Source: Owenia fusiformis (lineage: Eukaryota). Taken from it: a stretch of 64,000 bases of DNA. Positions within the stretch are counted from its first letter, which is position 1. Every line of letters starts with the position of its first letter. This document shows positions 33,114 to 47,103 of this stretch, piece after piece. Location of the stretch: positions 32,550,001 to 32,614,000 of the forward strand of contig CAIIXF020000001.1 of assembly GCA_903813345.2 (NCBI GenBank), read 5' to 3'. The notes below the pieces were generated by a model. It was not told the origin of the DNA. It saw only the letters and a program-made list of their open reading frames with translations, and made no database searches. The position numbers and the translations under genes are program-made.

Positions 33114-34830
33114 GGCTTACGGACAACTTATCCCCTGGACAACTCATCCCTGGACATCTCATCCCCTGGGCAACTCATCCCCTTGACAACTCATCCTTTA
33201 TCACATGAAGTATAAAGTATTTCTGGAAAAGAAATATTTAAAAAAATACACCTTGGATCGTTCAAAATATTATTTTTAACAATTATGAAAGTACCTAGTC
33301 AAACCGTGCCAGTAAAACTCTTATCTCTTGTCCTTATATTACATGACTCAATATTTCATGATACATTTTTTTCCTTCTGCATGACTTGGAAACATGGACT
33401 TTAGTAACTTCATCTTTAGTAACTTCATCTTTAGTAACTTCATCAATGCTGTGAAAAAATCTTTGGAGTAAAGAATATTTAACTATGAACAACAAAAATA
33501 TTATGACATCGAAAGAGCTTCTTCAGGCAATGTTGATATACAGGGCGTTCAATAAGTAATGATAAAAATGCTGTAACTTTTTTGTTTTTTCATATATCTT
33601 ACTAATCTTTCTAGTGTGCATTGTATTATACTTATGTACTCCAAAAGTTACACGACTTTGCTCCAACATGAAGGTGGTGCTGGGTTGAGCCAAAGGTGGT
33701 TAATGGTGGACCAGGTCTGCACGAAAAAAGTCTCAAAACGACCAACTTAAAATGTGAATATTGCTCCTCAGTCAATTGTCTGTGCACCAATTTGTCACAC
33801 ATCAATGTCATCTTTAAATCATTATGAGTTATATGGGGTGTGCGACAAACACTTGAATCAGTCATGTCTGCAATTTTCTGATAGGAATTTATCCAATATT
33901 TATTTTATTGTATCAGTCTGACTAGGGGAAGTTACAGCTTTTGGTCACCCCTGTCTTGGTTCATCTTCAACTGACTTTCTCCCTCTTTGAAATAGCGGTA
34001 CCTATACATATGTCAGGGGTAGATAAAGTATCCTTCCCATAAGCTTCATGGATATCCTCTATTGTATTCTGTTTTGATTTATCTAGGAGTATATAGAACT
34101 TGGTGCTGATTCTAATTTGATGCTGAATATAATTGATGTTCTGTCCAACAGCCCTGTGCATGTGATATTGGCTCACCGTGATATGTAATTGTATTCTTAT
34201 GAATTGGTCTATGATGTCATTTCCACCTTACAATTTGCTCTTTGATGTCATCAATAGGTACTACCAAGGTATCTTAGTACCGGTGTTTATTTACCAACTG
34301 TCAAAATGGATTCAAAAATAGAATTATGTATGAAAATGTTCACATTAATTTCGGTTATCTTGAAAAGAATTTCGTGCAGACCTGAACCACGTCGAACCAC
34401 CTTAGGCTCCACCCAGTACCACCTTCCTGTTAGAGTACATTCTTGTAACTCCCACAGTCCATCAGTACAACGCTTAACAATGAACAGTTGAAAGGTTAAT
34501 CAGAAAATATAAAAATCTAAAAAGTTACAGCATTTTTATCAGTACTTATGGAACGCCCTGTAATATTGAAATTGTACATCTTTACATTAGTTGATTATCT
34601 CCTTGACAACATCATTTAACAATTTTCCAGATTTTCCCTCCAGAAAGTCTTTGTTCATGTAATATATGTTTTAAAACTGATTAAAATCATTTGAATATAA
34701 CATTAAATTAAATTACTCAAACTTGCCAAAGGACGATTCATCCAGGGGATAATTTGTCTAGGGGTTGAGTTGTCCCGGGGATGAGTTGTCTAGGGGATGG
34801 GTTGTCTAGGGAATGAGTTGTCCGGTTACC
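33114..34830. mobile_element. Foldback-type DNA transposon, 8-bp TSD, subterminal 16-17-bp tandem repeats
   Basis: TTTGAAGG at 33106-33113 and 34831-34838; GG termini; GGACAACTCATCCCCT units on the left and their reverse complements on the right. Superfamily (MULE/Merlin-like) not resolved. Confidence 0.8.
33541..34560 (-). mobile_element. Internally deleted mariner element with transposase N-terminal remnant, nested in 33114-34830
   Basis: TA|CAGGGCGTTC(A/C)ATAAGTA.TGATAAAAATGCTGTAAC TIRs; peptide QIRISTKFYILLDKSK..IHEAYGKDTLS then frameshifted YRYFKEG..VEDEPRQG*P (mariner HTH/GRP region). Confidence 0.85.
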
Positions 34831-37113
34831 TTTGAAGGTATTCTTCCTTGCCGTGTCTGTTCTTTAAATGCACCTATGTTTTATGACTAGACATATCATT
34901 AACACTGGCACTAAAATCGCCTTTCGGCTTATCAGACATATTACACTGAAACATTAGTTTCAGTTCACATCATATTTCTCAAGGATTCTATTGACATTAC
35001 CAATGAACTCCCAACCAATTTGCTTACCCTTCTGGGCTCTTGGATTTGCTGGGGGACTTTGAATGAATATAGTAATTTATAATAAGGCATTGATAACATT
35101 AGTGACATTTGGGAACCTGTACACCTAGATACAATCCGTGTCTCGATGTAGCACTTATGATACATATACACTTGTTTCTGGGCCATCTTGGCTCTTGCAT
35201 TCCTGACCATGTCCAACATAAACCATCTCACATAACTACATTTAACATCATTTTGCGATATGATAACTATCACAAGTGATACTAATTTAAAGAACTAGAC
35301 TAAAAATTATCATGTTTGAATTATTATCTTAGCTTAGAAAAATATACTTCATTGTTATCGAGGTTGATAAAGTTGATAAATATTCGAAAGTATTGACTGC
35401 CAGCATCAAATGATGATGCGACACGAACATTTGCATGTATATTTGAATAAACGCAGTACTGTACACGTGGTATTTAATCCGAGTGGATAATTTGCCGAAT
35501 GGTCAAATCTTATCATTTTCTTAATTTTAATTTTCCCAGTGACAAGAAACTTCCCATTTTATAACATTATGATGATAATATTTCCGACATTTAATTTTCT
35601 GAACCTGGCAAAAATTAGGCAATGGGCAAATTGAATGATTAGGCAAAATTACCGCTTATGCACGAATGAAGGTTCCTGTATACGATCGGAAACAATAATG
35701 TGAAAATGATGAAAGTAAGCAATTTATACTATATCGATTCAGTTATTCTGCTAATCAAGACAACGATGCTTCAAAATGTCATTATAACGTTGATCAACTT
35801 TTTTCATCTGTCAGTGTCACCGATTAACGCTTCAATAGATAAGCGAGGTAATGGGAGCAGAGGTAGTTTTACTGTATTTTATTCTTCCGTTTCAATTATG
35901 AAACAATTAATGTTGGATCAAGTTACCCTGGTTGATTTCTGTGTTTTAATATCGTTGAATAGCTCATATGAAATAATATACGAGATAAAACTAAAATAGA
36001 CAAGAAAATAACATGGTTTATTTTATATGTTAGTTTTCAAAGGAGCACATGTTATCATAATGAAATCTAATGGAACAATTTCTAGTCATTCTTTAAATTT
36101 CAGATTTCTATATGTGGAGTCCTCTGATATTCTAGTTTTCAATTTTCAATTTTCAATTCAGCTTTATTTTCTAATATATAGTATTATTTACAAGGTTTTA
36201 CATGACACCCTTGTGGGTGTATACAGTATAAAGAATATGTTGTTTAGATAGTAGGTATATAATAATTAGCTGATCCAATGATGAACACTAACTAAGACTA
36301 ACTATAACTAGTACACATTTAAAAGAGGGCATAGCAATAAATTTAAGTGTTGCTTGATACAATCAAAAACTAAGACTGGCTAAGACTGACTTCCAACATG
36401 GCAACATGTTCACAGTAGATCTAGAGTCAATGCAATGATTCATTAAAGATATCAGAATTAAATCTTGAATACTAAAATATAATCAAAAGTAGTTCTAGTA
36501 ATACATAACAAAATATCACTCATCTGTATATTTGGCAATTATATACTTTTTAAAATCATTCCTAAGTTTGCATGAAGAATTAAGTTTCCTAAGGGCAGCC
36601 GGAAGATTATTCCAGAGTGTCTGGCCTTGGCGCATAATTGATTTCTTAGCTATTGAAATGAATTACAATGTCAAGTAACATTTGGAGATGTTTCGAATGC
36701 ATTGATTTGTTACACATTTTTGATGTAATGCTGCAAAATAATAAAATTCACCATGCCGTCTTTCTGCTATTTTCCAGGGGTTAGGGCACTATAAAATCAT
36801 ATAAAAATTCAAAATAGTACTTCATAACTAAAATAGATTTATTACAATATCACACATACCTTGGAAATGTTTTTAGAATATTACATTGAGTTGTTAAAGC
36901 TTTCATGTTTTGCTTGAAGCTACAAATACAAAATAAGCGAGAAAAATGACTAAAATTGCATATTTTTCCCTATTAATTGTAATTTTTCTGAGACTATTAC
37001 AGTTATCGGCCTAAAACTCACGGATATAATTCATCTCTGTACTAGCAACACATCTTGTAGAAATCAGAACAATAGCAAATATATTATTTATGTTATAAAA
37101 TAATATTATAGTA

Positions 37114-38033
37114 CAGGGTGTTCAAAAAAACGCAACCCAAAGAAATCGCTATATCTTGGAAAATACTGATCCAATTATGTTCATATTTTCAGGAAAGAAA
37201 GAAGAGACTGTGTATGTACCATGGTATAGCCCCTGTTGTTTGTTAGGTGTAAAACATGATATCTTGGACACTTGCTCAAAAGACATTTGTACTAGCAAAA
37301 TACGAAAAACATGAATGGAAAATCACTATATCTTGGAAAATACTAATTCAATTATGTTCATTTTCAGGAAAAGAAAGAAGAGACTGTGTATGTATAGCTC
37401 CTGTTGTCAGTAAGTTGTAAAACATGATGCCTTGGACACCAGCTCAAATGACAGTTGTACTAGGAAAATATGAAAACGCAGTCAGAGGTGACTGCCACAG
37501 CAATAAAACCAAATAACTTTCTAACCATGGTGTTTTGGCACTTCAGATTTGGCACAAATTATTCCCATTTATTGTGTGGTGGATTTGTGGAGTTTCATCA
37601 AAATCACTCCAGCGACATTACAGTCATGGTCAAAATGGCTTCTTAAGTCTCCCTGAACCAGGGCATTTGACTGCGATTTGAAAGCGTTTCAACCATAACT
37701 GTAAAGTCCCTGAAGTGATTTTGATTTCACTCTACATATTTACCATACAGTGAATGAAGACGATTCGTGCCAAATTTGAAGAGCCAAAACACTATGATAA
37801 GGAAGTTATTGAATCTTTTTGCGATTGCAGTCACCCCTGGCTGCGTTTTTCGTATTTTCCTAGTACAACCGTCTTTTGAGCAGGTGTCCAAAGCATCATG
37901 TTATACAACTAACCATTTACAGGAGCTGTACATACACAGTCTCTTCTTTATTTCCTGAAAATATGAACATAATTGAATCAGCATTTTTCAAGATATAGCG
38001 ATTTCTTCGGGTTGCGTTTTTTTGAACGCCCTG
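37114..38033. mobile_element. Tc1/mariner-type palindromic MITE, TA TSD
   Basis: TA|CAGGG(T/C)GTTCAAAAAAACGCAACCC TIRs; arms pair over most of the length; ~180-bp duplication in the left arm. Confidence 0.88.
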
Positions 38034-38958
38034 TACCCCCTTAAATCTTAGACATTTAGGTCCAATTTGGCCACAATTTCTTTTTACTACTTTAAAGCCG
38101 AACACCTTTTATTTTCTTACACCTACCAGGTTAGGCTAACATGATGTATGGTCAAATGTTATTTATCTCCACCTCCCGGCAAAACGGTGTCAGCATCTGA
38201 TATACATATCATTTTAATGAAAAATCACCTGCATTATTCATTTTGAATCATTTTCAGTCACAGCATAAAATATGTCGTATAGTATATGATTGGCTACTGA
38301 TGCAAAACTAAAAATTATTGTCCATAAGTTTAACACTTATATGGAACCCCGCAAATGTTTGTTACACACTCAGTTTAAATCTACCGGCCACCGCGCACAG
38401 AAACTATTCTAAATCACAACGGAAAACTGTACGTAACATTCCTATTCTGTGAAAATATGTTGACGTCTTTTTTAAATTTTGTGCGTCATATTTGATGAGA
38501 TAGATACATGCTGATTACAATTTTTGTCACACACTCAGTACACTTTATCTTACGTCCCTTAATCTTTATTTTACTAAAATCAAATCAAAACTTTAGGGAT
38601 CGAGAAATTAATTTTAAGTGTAACGCGTATAACTTTTAACCGCCTGTTAACCAGCTGTTATTCCTGAATATGGCGATGACAAGACCTTCTCGAAAAACCT
38701 CTAAAATGGCTGCCAGAAAGCAAGATGGCCAACCAATTTAAATCAGCGTAGAATTTCGTACTAATGTGTACTTTGAAGAAAATCCAATGAATCCACGGTT
38801 TTTCTGGAATTGAGATGACAAAAAACGGGAAAGCACAACGATAACGCAACGAATTGCTATCATTACGAGGATTGACACCACAAGAATTGATGGTTAGATG
38901 TCTTGTCATTTGAGAAGATATTAACCCATTAATAAGATATATAGCTTATACTACGTAC

Positions 38959-39121
38959 ACCTAGTTCTTTGATAGTCGCTGCCAAGTCCTCAATTACCGC
39001 TGTCTCATTCTGTATTTGCATGGTCCCATTGATACTGACTCGTTTATCTAGTTCGTTCAGCTCAAGAAACCAAATTGCTGGAACCACGCTAAGCAGGTAG
39101 AAAAACACACTGGGACAAAAC
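38959..39121 (-). CDS. TMEM26: TMEM26-family protein, internal exon (not in the ORF track)
   Basis: TTTCAG|G then FCPSVFFYLLSVVPAIWFLELNELDKRVSINGTMQIQNETAVIEDLAATIKELG|GTACGT; matches the TMEM26 (W)FsPxxFxYLxSxVPxxWxLEL motif; phase-0 join to the next exon. Confidence 0.9.
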
Positions 39122-39458
39122 CTGAAACGTAAGGATAATATTTTAAAATGTTGTGTGTAAAGGGAAACACCAAAAAAAACGGAAAGTTAGAATAATATAT
39201 TGATCAGTCAGAGAGAGGTGTAGGGAAAGGATATTTCAAAATGAGAGAGATGCTTTTTGGGGTCACCGTGAATGCAGAAAAACCTGAAATACAGAGAAAT
39301 ATATGCAACCAATGGCTGAATATATGGTTTGAATTCTCAGAAAAGAAAAACACTGGTATATCCCGAAAGCTAAAACACTGGAATCCCTGAAAAAATCTGG
39401 TATTGTTTTTCATGTTACAGAAAGAGAAGCTCTCATAAATCTACCACAATCAATACCA

Positions 39459-40488
39459 GTGCTTCTTATTGTATGTTCTTTATTTCATATAAGTAATAGC
39501 AAATTCTTGTTTGACTGCAACTTCAATACAAATTTCTTAAACTTAAATTATTTGCCAAAATTTTTTGTAAAAATGCTAGATGTTTGGGCTTCCTTTAACG
39601 AAAATAAAATTGAAACATGGGAAGATGTTAAACTTCAATATATATGGAACAACAAACACATAAAGGTGAATAACAAGTCAATTTTCTATAAAGAATGGCA
39701 TGCTGCAGGAATAAACAAAATAAATGATCTCCTTAATAGAGATGATTCTTTTAAAACTAACGAATCTTTAAGTGAAGAATTTGGTATTAAAATAGATTTC
39801 ATGAAGTATAGAGGAATAGTAAGTGCTATCCCAAACTTATGGAAGTTATTAAAAAATAGTCCTGCAACAAAAGGCAGCTTTCAAAAACCAAAAGATGTTA
39901 CCTGTAAAAACATGTATAAAAATTTATTAGATAAAGAATATGAAAAACCTACATCATTAAATAAATGGTTATCTATGGGAATACAGGAGGAAGATATGAA
40001 ATATTATTATACAATGGCCAGAAATATAACTTTAGAAACAAAGTTATGGTCATTTCAATATAAAATTCTTATGAATACATTAACATGCAACTCTCAATTA
40101 CAAAAAAATGAAAATAATAGACTCTAGCAAATGTCCATGGTGTGAAGAAGTGCAAGATATGAACCACTTACTATTAAACTGTAAATTAGTTAAAGACATA
40201 TGGAAACGTTTTAAGGAATGGTGTACTAATACTGAATTGATAAAAATAAATGATCTTTCCAAAACTGATATTCTACTAGGATGTAAACAAACTGATGCAA
40301 ATATTCATAACGGACTAAACCTTTTTATCTTAATAATGAAATATGTTATTTACAAAGCATATATTGATGAAAAGGTTCCGTACTTTGTTTATTTCACAAA
40401 TTACGTAAGGCAGTACCTCGAAAGTATAGAATTTATTAAATATAAGAAATATGCTGCTGACGTAAGAGTTTTATTGAATAAAATGTAA
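39459..40488 (+). mobile_element. 5'-truncated L1/Tx1-clade LINE, ORF2 C-terminus with CCHC finger (one frameshift near 40108), antisense in a TMEM26 intron
   Basis: IWNNKHIK..FYKEW..GINKINDLL, FQYKILMNTLTCN, CPWCEEVQDMNHLLLNC, KYVIYK. Confidence 0.88.
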
Positions 40489-43439
40489 ACAAATCTGTTT
40501 GTTTGTTATTTTTATTATCTTACAGACATAGCAACCTGGTAAGCATGAATGTAGATGTATGAATGTTTGCAAATGTGAGAGAATGGCGGAGAATGAATAA
40601 TTACATCAATATCTTATTTTATGTTTAACTATAATTAAAGGCAGAATCAGATCTATAGGGGTGACAAAATTACAAGCAACATGCATAATTGACCTTCCAA
40701 TCTATTCCTTACAATATCAAATACAATATCTCCCAAAAGATTCACAATATGTTATAAATTGGTGAAGTTATTAATGATTCAAAGTGCAAAAACGGGTGAA
40801 AAATGTTTAAATTCTCCCAAATAATAAGAATGGTAACCATTCTTATAGAAAAATAATACATTATTGTAAAAATCTTTCGTTTTCCTTGAATAAAGTATGC
40901 ACTTTTGTGATTTTTAGAAAATAGACATGACAAGGAATGACATGAGCCAAAAACATTCTAAAATTGAAACAATTTTTTGTTTAGCCTGCTCGCTATCTCT
41001 GATTCTCTCTTTAACTGTAGAGTGCATATGCTGAAATGTACATATATATACACTATAAATTGCATGTAATATATTTTTATATGAACATTAAAATATGGGT
41101 GAATGTATCATTTTATATTGTATGTCAATATTAAGTTAAAACCCATTGTAATATAATATTGGATGTAATTTTAAATATATTTTTTAGAGGACTTATTATT
41201 ATATTATTTGCTACAGGGTGTTCATGCTGCCATCTTAAGCAAACCCTATGTATGTAATATCCCCACTGTCCACTTTCTGGGGAAGTTTGTACATTTTCTA
41301 AATTTATTGCAATAAAAATAAAAATAAAAAAATATATATATAAGTAATAGCTCACATGTCAAGTCCCGATTCAAATAGGAACAAATCCTGATTTTTAGTG
41401 CCTATTTTCCTGATTTTATTTCATAATTTTTCGATTTTCTCCAGATTTATCATAAAAATCCTCATTTTCCCGATCTTCCAGAAAAAGAGCCCCGAGCATT
41501 TTTCAAACAACTCCTATTTTCCCCGACTTTTAGATTAATCCGATATTTTATCTGACAGGTATGTAGTGTATACAATAATTATACAATAATTCATATTATA
41601 AAGTTCTAGAATCTAGAAAGGTATAGTCAGTCAAATAATCAGTCAATTATGTTTTTTATGGAAAATCCCAATAAATCTTAAAATGAAAATTGTGCCATAA
41701 TATTCATTCCGAAGACTTATCATCTTGGATTTCCAAGGTATTGTACATGATGGTTTCATACGATTGAAAATCAAACTGGGAAACGAGTATGAAGACTTAT
41801 TACATGCATCAAATATCATAATGGAAATTAACACTTCTGTTTTTGTACAGTCAATATCTCGATCTCTATAAACAAACATTCATAAAACACTTCGAGACTC
41901 CTCAAATAAGCGATAAGGTTATGTACCTAGTCTAAGGGTAATAGTACAATAACGTCATTTCGAAGGACAATATAGTGAAATATTGAACCGAACGATATCT
42001 AACTTCTCGTAGAAAATTGCCGGTCATTAATTGCATTATTGACTGCCATTATGGACCACCACTATGACGTCACATATTGTTCAGGTCGATATATAGTAAA
42101 ATGAATGCCTTCTAAACTAGCACTCAAACCCCTAGAACTGGCCCGTTGTGAAAGAAATTATGGTCCCCAGGGATTATGGTCCCCCTTTTAAAAAGGCACT
42201 TACTGGCCCCGATTGTGTATAAGATAATAAGGGAAAGAGCACAAAGAGGTCACCATATAAATCAATGGAGAGTAGGACCATACATTAATAGGACCTCCTA
42301 CCCTTTTATACCGGCAGGGTGGTAATTATTAGTAATTACTCGATTATGACGATTATTATAGTAGCGGAAAGAGCGAATCAAAACACGAAAATGTAAGAAT
42401 AATCGATACATCTAATTGTTCATGATCATGTAAAAAAATAACGGAAGTTTTTGACTTTAACGACTTAACAAGTTAATCAAATCAGAACAATATAGAGTAC
42501 TGGTATTACATGCTGACAATTAAATTGCACTTCTAATAGTCAGTGACTATTGAAAAATGTAGCACTAACCTATTTTTCTAAAAAAATGGTTCTTGCTGAG
42601 GAAAGTACTCGATCAAACTGAACCCATACAAGTAAAATGAAAAAAATCAAGTATCATTGAAGATATTTATATATCTCCTTCTGGATTCTTGACAAGTAAT
42701 CTGACCGACGGTCAGTATTGCAAGAATGGATAAGATCTTATATACATTGAGAATAAATTATGCTTGTACAAGGCAAAACGATCTGAAAGAAATGAAGTTA
42801 ATAATCCCACCTCAAATCAAATGATTAATTGGTCATTTAGTAGCAATGACTATTGACCCGATTATTGCCACTTTGTTTTGAATAAGAAATATTAGGTCTT
42901 CCAAGATAACTACAAGGAACGGCTGTTTTAGGATGCTGCATATTTTCAGATAAGGCAGATTTGAACAAATATCGTCAGAAGGAATTCAAATTCCTGCCTG
43001 GACAATTTTTTGAAGTCGTGATGAAATGTGTGGACAAAGCACAGAAAATGGAGGTTAGAGAGGGGTGGTATGTTTATACTTCCTATTTCTACCTTTTTGA
43101 ACACCGACACTCTGTAAAAGGTTTTGATGGTATGTCAATAAACACGTATGGCTTCAAAAGGGTCAACGTCTAGTCTACATATTATGAAATTACACGACAA
43201 AAGCGATATATTACACAGGATCAAAACCATTTTCAGTATTTTTGAATTTCTCATTCGTTTCTGGTGTTTTAGCCAGATAAATTACTTCTAAGAACATCCT
43301 TTTGTGTACCTGTGATAAACATCCCTTATATCCCCAAATGAATTTATGTTATTGTTGGAATTTACGAGCGATTTGTCCATAGTTTTAGTGTATGGACACT
43401 GTTGTGATGTTAAACATGTGTATCCATACATTAACTATA

Positions 43440-43750
43440 CAGGGCGTTCAATAAGTACTGATAAAAATCAATTGCTTGCGCGCCAGCTTGTCACACACCA
43501 ATGTCATCTCTAAATCATTATTGTATTATCTGACTAGGGGAAGTTATTACAGCTTTTGGTCACACCTGTCTGGGTTCATTTTTATTTGCCTTTCTTCCTC
43601 TTTGAAATAGTAGTACCAACGATATATGCCAGGGGTGGATATAGTGTCCTTTCCATAAACTTCACGAATGACCTTTATTGTATGTTTTGATTTACCTATG
43701 GACCTATATCCTGTGATGTACAGGGTGTTCAATAAGTACTGATAAAAAAA
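43440..43750 (-). mobile_element. Rearranged fragment of the same mariner family as 33541-34560 (two same-orientation termini)
   Basis: TA|CAGGG(C/T)GTTCAATAAGTACTGATAAAAA at 43440 and 43721; peptide SIGKSKHTIKVIREVYGKDTISTPGIYRWYYYFKE. Confidence 0.75.
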
Positions 43751-44438
43751 TTTTGAAGTCGTGATGAAATGTGTGGACATAATGTTTTCGCTTCTAGTAA
43801 TGTCAACAAGATACGTAAAGGTTATCATCATACATCATTCACATTTGAAATTATTACTTTATATCCCTTCCCTTCAAACAATTTTAATCCAACAAATAAT
43901 AAAACTCATTTACTCCATATTACATTTTTAGAGGGTTCTGTTTTTAGGGTCACACTGTTCACATACAAATAACGTACGTTATTCAATTGTGTAAATACTG
44001 TAACATTGCATCATGATAATGTCCACACATATAAATACGTTGAAAAATGCATGACGGCATTCACATCTGAAATCATTTTAGTATGATTATTCGTGTCCAA
44101 TTACAAATCATCATCACCCAGTAATACTTCCCGAAAATTTGATCTGCACTGTGCATTAGGACAATATAACAGTGCAATATATAATAACATTTTATTTCCC
44201 AAATGTACATCGGAAATTCCATTCCAAATATTATTTTGAAAAGAACATTATTTGATAGTTTGTCCACAAATGGATTTGTATCTTTTAGATGTTCAATCAA
44301 TCCCTTCTTTCGAGTAGCGCACTTACAGTATTTCATGATAAATTGATATGTCGCCCCATGTAAACAGATCGCAGCTTGATATTACATTATCATGATGCAA
44401 GACTCGACATTCAGCAGGAAACAAGAAAGACTTTATGA

Positions 44439-44682
44439 CACTCCCCTTCATAAGTTTGGCAACCTTAGCTCCCCCATTGAACTACGTGTGAAAGCCTCTT
44501 TGCGTTTGAATTTAGGAAAAAATTTAGAAAATTTGGAGGTATTGGAAATAAAGTCAAATTACGTTTCCATCAATAGTATAAGTATTTTCATCGCAGGTTA
44601 AGTAAATAAAGATTCAAAGGTAAAGAGGCTTTAACACGTAGTTCAATGGGGGAGCCAAGGTTGCCAAACTTATGGAGGGGTG
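44439..44682. mobile_element. Small MITE with ~75-bp inverted arms
   Basis: CATAAGTTTGGCAACCTTAGCTCCCCCATTGAACTACGTGT.AAAGCCTCTTT inverted at 44610-44682; TA on the right flank. Confidence 0.75.
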
Positions 44683-45598
44683 TAGCCTTATTGTTAACTT
44701 TTAAATTATGTATTCCACAGAGTAATAACAAAAGCATCATGCATTCATTTTCTTTGTTTCAATTCAGAATATTCTAAGAGCACATGGCAAATAGAATGAA
44801 TGAATTGCAAGTTATTTCCCAAAAGAAACCCATTTAATTCTGCATTAATTGGAGGCTGTTGAACATTAATCGATTGAAAATACGACCCAATGCTGTAGGT
44901 ATCTGATATGAGAGCCCAGACGGTTAGCAACTCGTTCTAATGAGCTATTTTATTGTTTTTTTTACCGATTTATCTTACATTTTTTCTTTCCAATGGTGCA
45001 GTTTCAATGTTACCATGCCCTTTGGTGTTTGATGTGTGTAACCGATGAGAGTCTAGAAACATCTCTTCAAATTTCTAGAAGGTTGCCTCAAAAACGGAAA
45101 TAAAACATACTAAAATATTAATGACCTTTAAAACGCATTGGCAGTTGAAAAATATACCCAAAACTTGACATAATTCTAATAAAATACTAGGTACATGGAC
45201 CTCGATTTGATACAAGACGATAACATTCAATATTAAGAACATTGCAGAAATTAGTCAAAGAGAACATTTGTATTCATTTGACTGTTGATAAATCAACGAT
45301 AAATTGCGCAAAGTTGGCGTCAATAGCTCAGATGAGTAGTATAAAACGTGGGAGCCCAACCAGTTTGTACATCATTTAATAGCAACTGAATTCCATCGTC
45401 GTATTGAATGGATGGGGACTTCGATGTCATGATCTATGAAAATGGGAGTAAGGGGGTGATCTGCCTTGTAAACCAGATACACTAATACTTACGACAAGGC
45501 CTCGCCTATTAAATAGTGGTCTATAAATTAAAGTACTTACTAGTATGACTGAAATATTATACAAATATTTAATTCCATTGAGGTAAATACCTGTGCAT

Positions 45599-46146
45599 CT
45601 TTCACAAGTGATATTCCACGAAGCTCAAAGGGCAAGTGGAATATATCATCTTGTGAAAGTGTAACATTTTAGGATAAAAACAGGTATCCGTCAATATAAG
45701 AGAGCAATTTGAAACATATACATTGTTTTCATGAACCCAATAAGCCAGACGAAGAGTTGAAAAAACGACGTTACACTTCAGCTGATAAAATTGAAATTTT
45801 TTAGAAAGTAGCCTGTGGGTATCACTAGCAAGTGGTACAAATATGACAGAGATCGGTTACATATCATGTGAGTATTGACATTTGACAAATTCAAAGATCC
45901 CTCTCAAAAATCCAATAGAGAGTTTCACAATGAGACCTTCATAACGTTTGTGCCAGCTTTCGGGGTAATTTTTGTTTTTCTTTCATCGTGGAATGAAAAC
46001 TTTATTCAATGATTTCTCGTGAAATACAGATAATATTATGCCCTCGAAACTCTGTATTTCACTCGGCTAGCATAGCGCTTCGTGAAATGCAGACTTTCTC
46101 GGGCAGAATATTTTCTGTATTTCACTCTAATCATTGAATAACTTAT
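45599..46146. mobile_element. Multi-hairpin element related to 32299-32925
   Basis: Hairpins at 45599-45659 and 46002-46141; end TCATTGAATAACTTATA resembles the reverse complement of ATAAGTTATTGAATGA at 32671. Confidence 0.45.
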
Positions 46147-47032
46147 AGTACGAATATACACAGGCCTACTGTAGCATATAATAAAGAATATCTTTTAAAC
46201 AGATTAACAGGTATTAGTTGATCACATGGTAGTTGAATTGTCAAATTATTGTTCAGCATGTGGATACGGTTTCGCAGTCGCCTAGTAAAGATATGATTAC
46301 ACTCAAAAGAAAGCATGTGCCAGTTAACCTATACCACATTTTACTTGTTTGTTTATGTTTATTTATTATTTAAAATACACACAAAATACAATATATGAAC
46401 TGGGTGACACTTTAAAAAGTGTATATTCCCAATATTAGGCAAAAATAATACATGTGTGTTAATTGTCATACCTATTAAATGCAGTTGGGGACCTGCCTAT
46501 GTATTCATCTATTTGAACGAAAGTATTGATTTGTCACATCATAATAGACCAAATGAGATAACGTTTTGGCATAATGTCAAAAGTGTTCTACAATTATACC
46601 AATGAGTGCAAATATACTTACAATGTAGTTTGAACATTATTTGGAACAGAGGCAAAATCAGGGGGTACAGCAGAGCTTAAAGGAAATATAAGTCAGTTTA
46701 GTAAAAAAACAAAAAACAACAACAACAAAAAACACAAAAACAACATAACTGTATGTGATTGAAATGTTACCATATGGGTCAGATATACTGAGCAATCATA
46801 TTGAGAGCAGTTTTGTTCTTCGAAGAAACCAAAAAGAGCATCCAAAAGAGCATACACGAGAGAAAGCATGATGAGGGCAATGGGTGATAAAGAGACAGCA
46901 AAATATCAATTGAGTTAGTATGTTTCCAGAAATAGTTTTTTTAGTTCTCTTTTAAATGAATAGAGGCTTTTTATTTGTTTAAGTCTTCAAATCCCTTTAC
47001 TTTGAAAAAGACAACGATCAATGGTATTATGG

Positions 47033-47103
47033 TATTCCCTTTGCATCCGTTCGACTTCACCTCTTAAAAGAGAGCTTCGTCTTTAGATTCTGCGTGCAGG
47101 GTA
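47033..47103. mobile_element. 76-bp micro-element family, copy 2 (degraded)
   Basis: Reverse-complement match to 5047-5122; flanks GTATTATGG/GTATTAAAA match only 6/9. Confidence 0.7.

Noticed and set aside
42900..43173. Peptide IFSDKADL..EFKFLPGQFFEV faintly like a MULE transposase segment
   Set aside because: Catalytic DGT motif absent and no paired TIR/TSD found; too weak to call.
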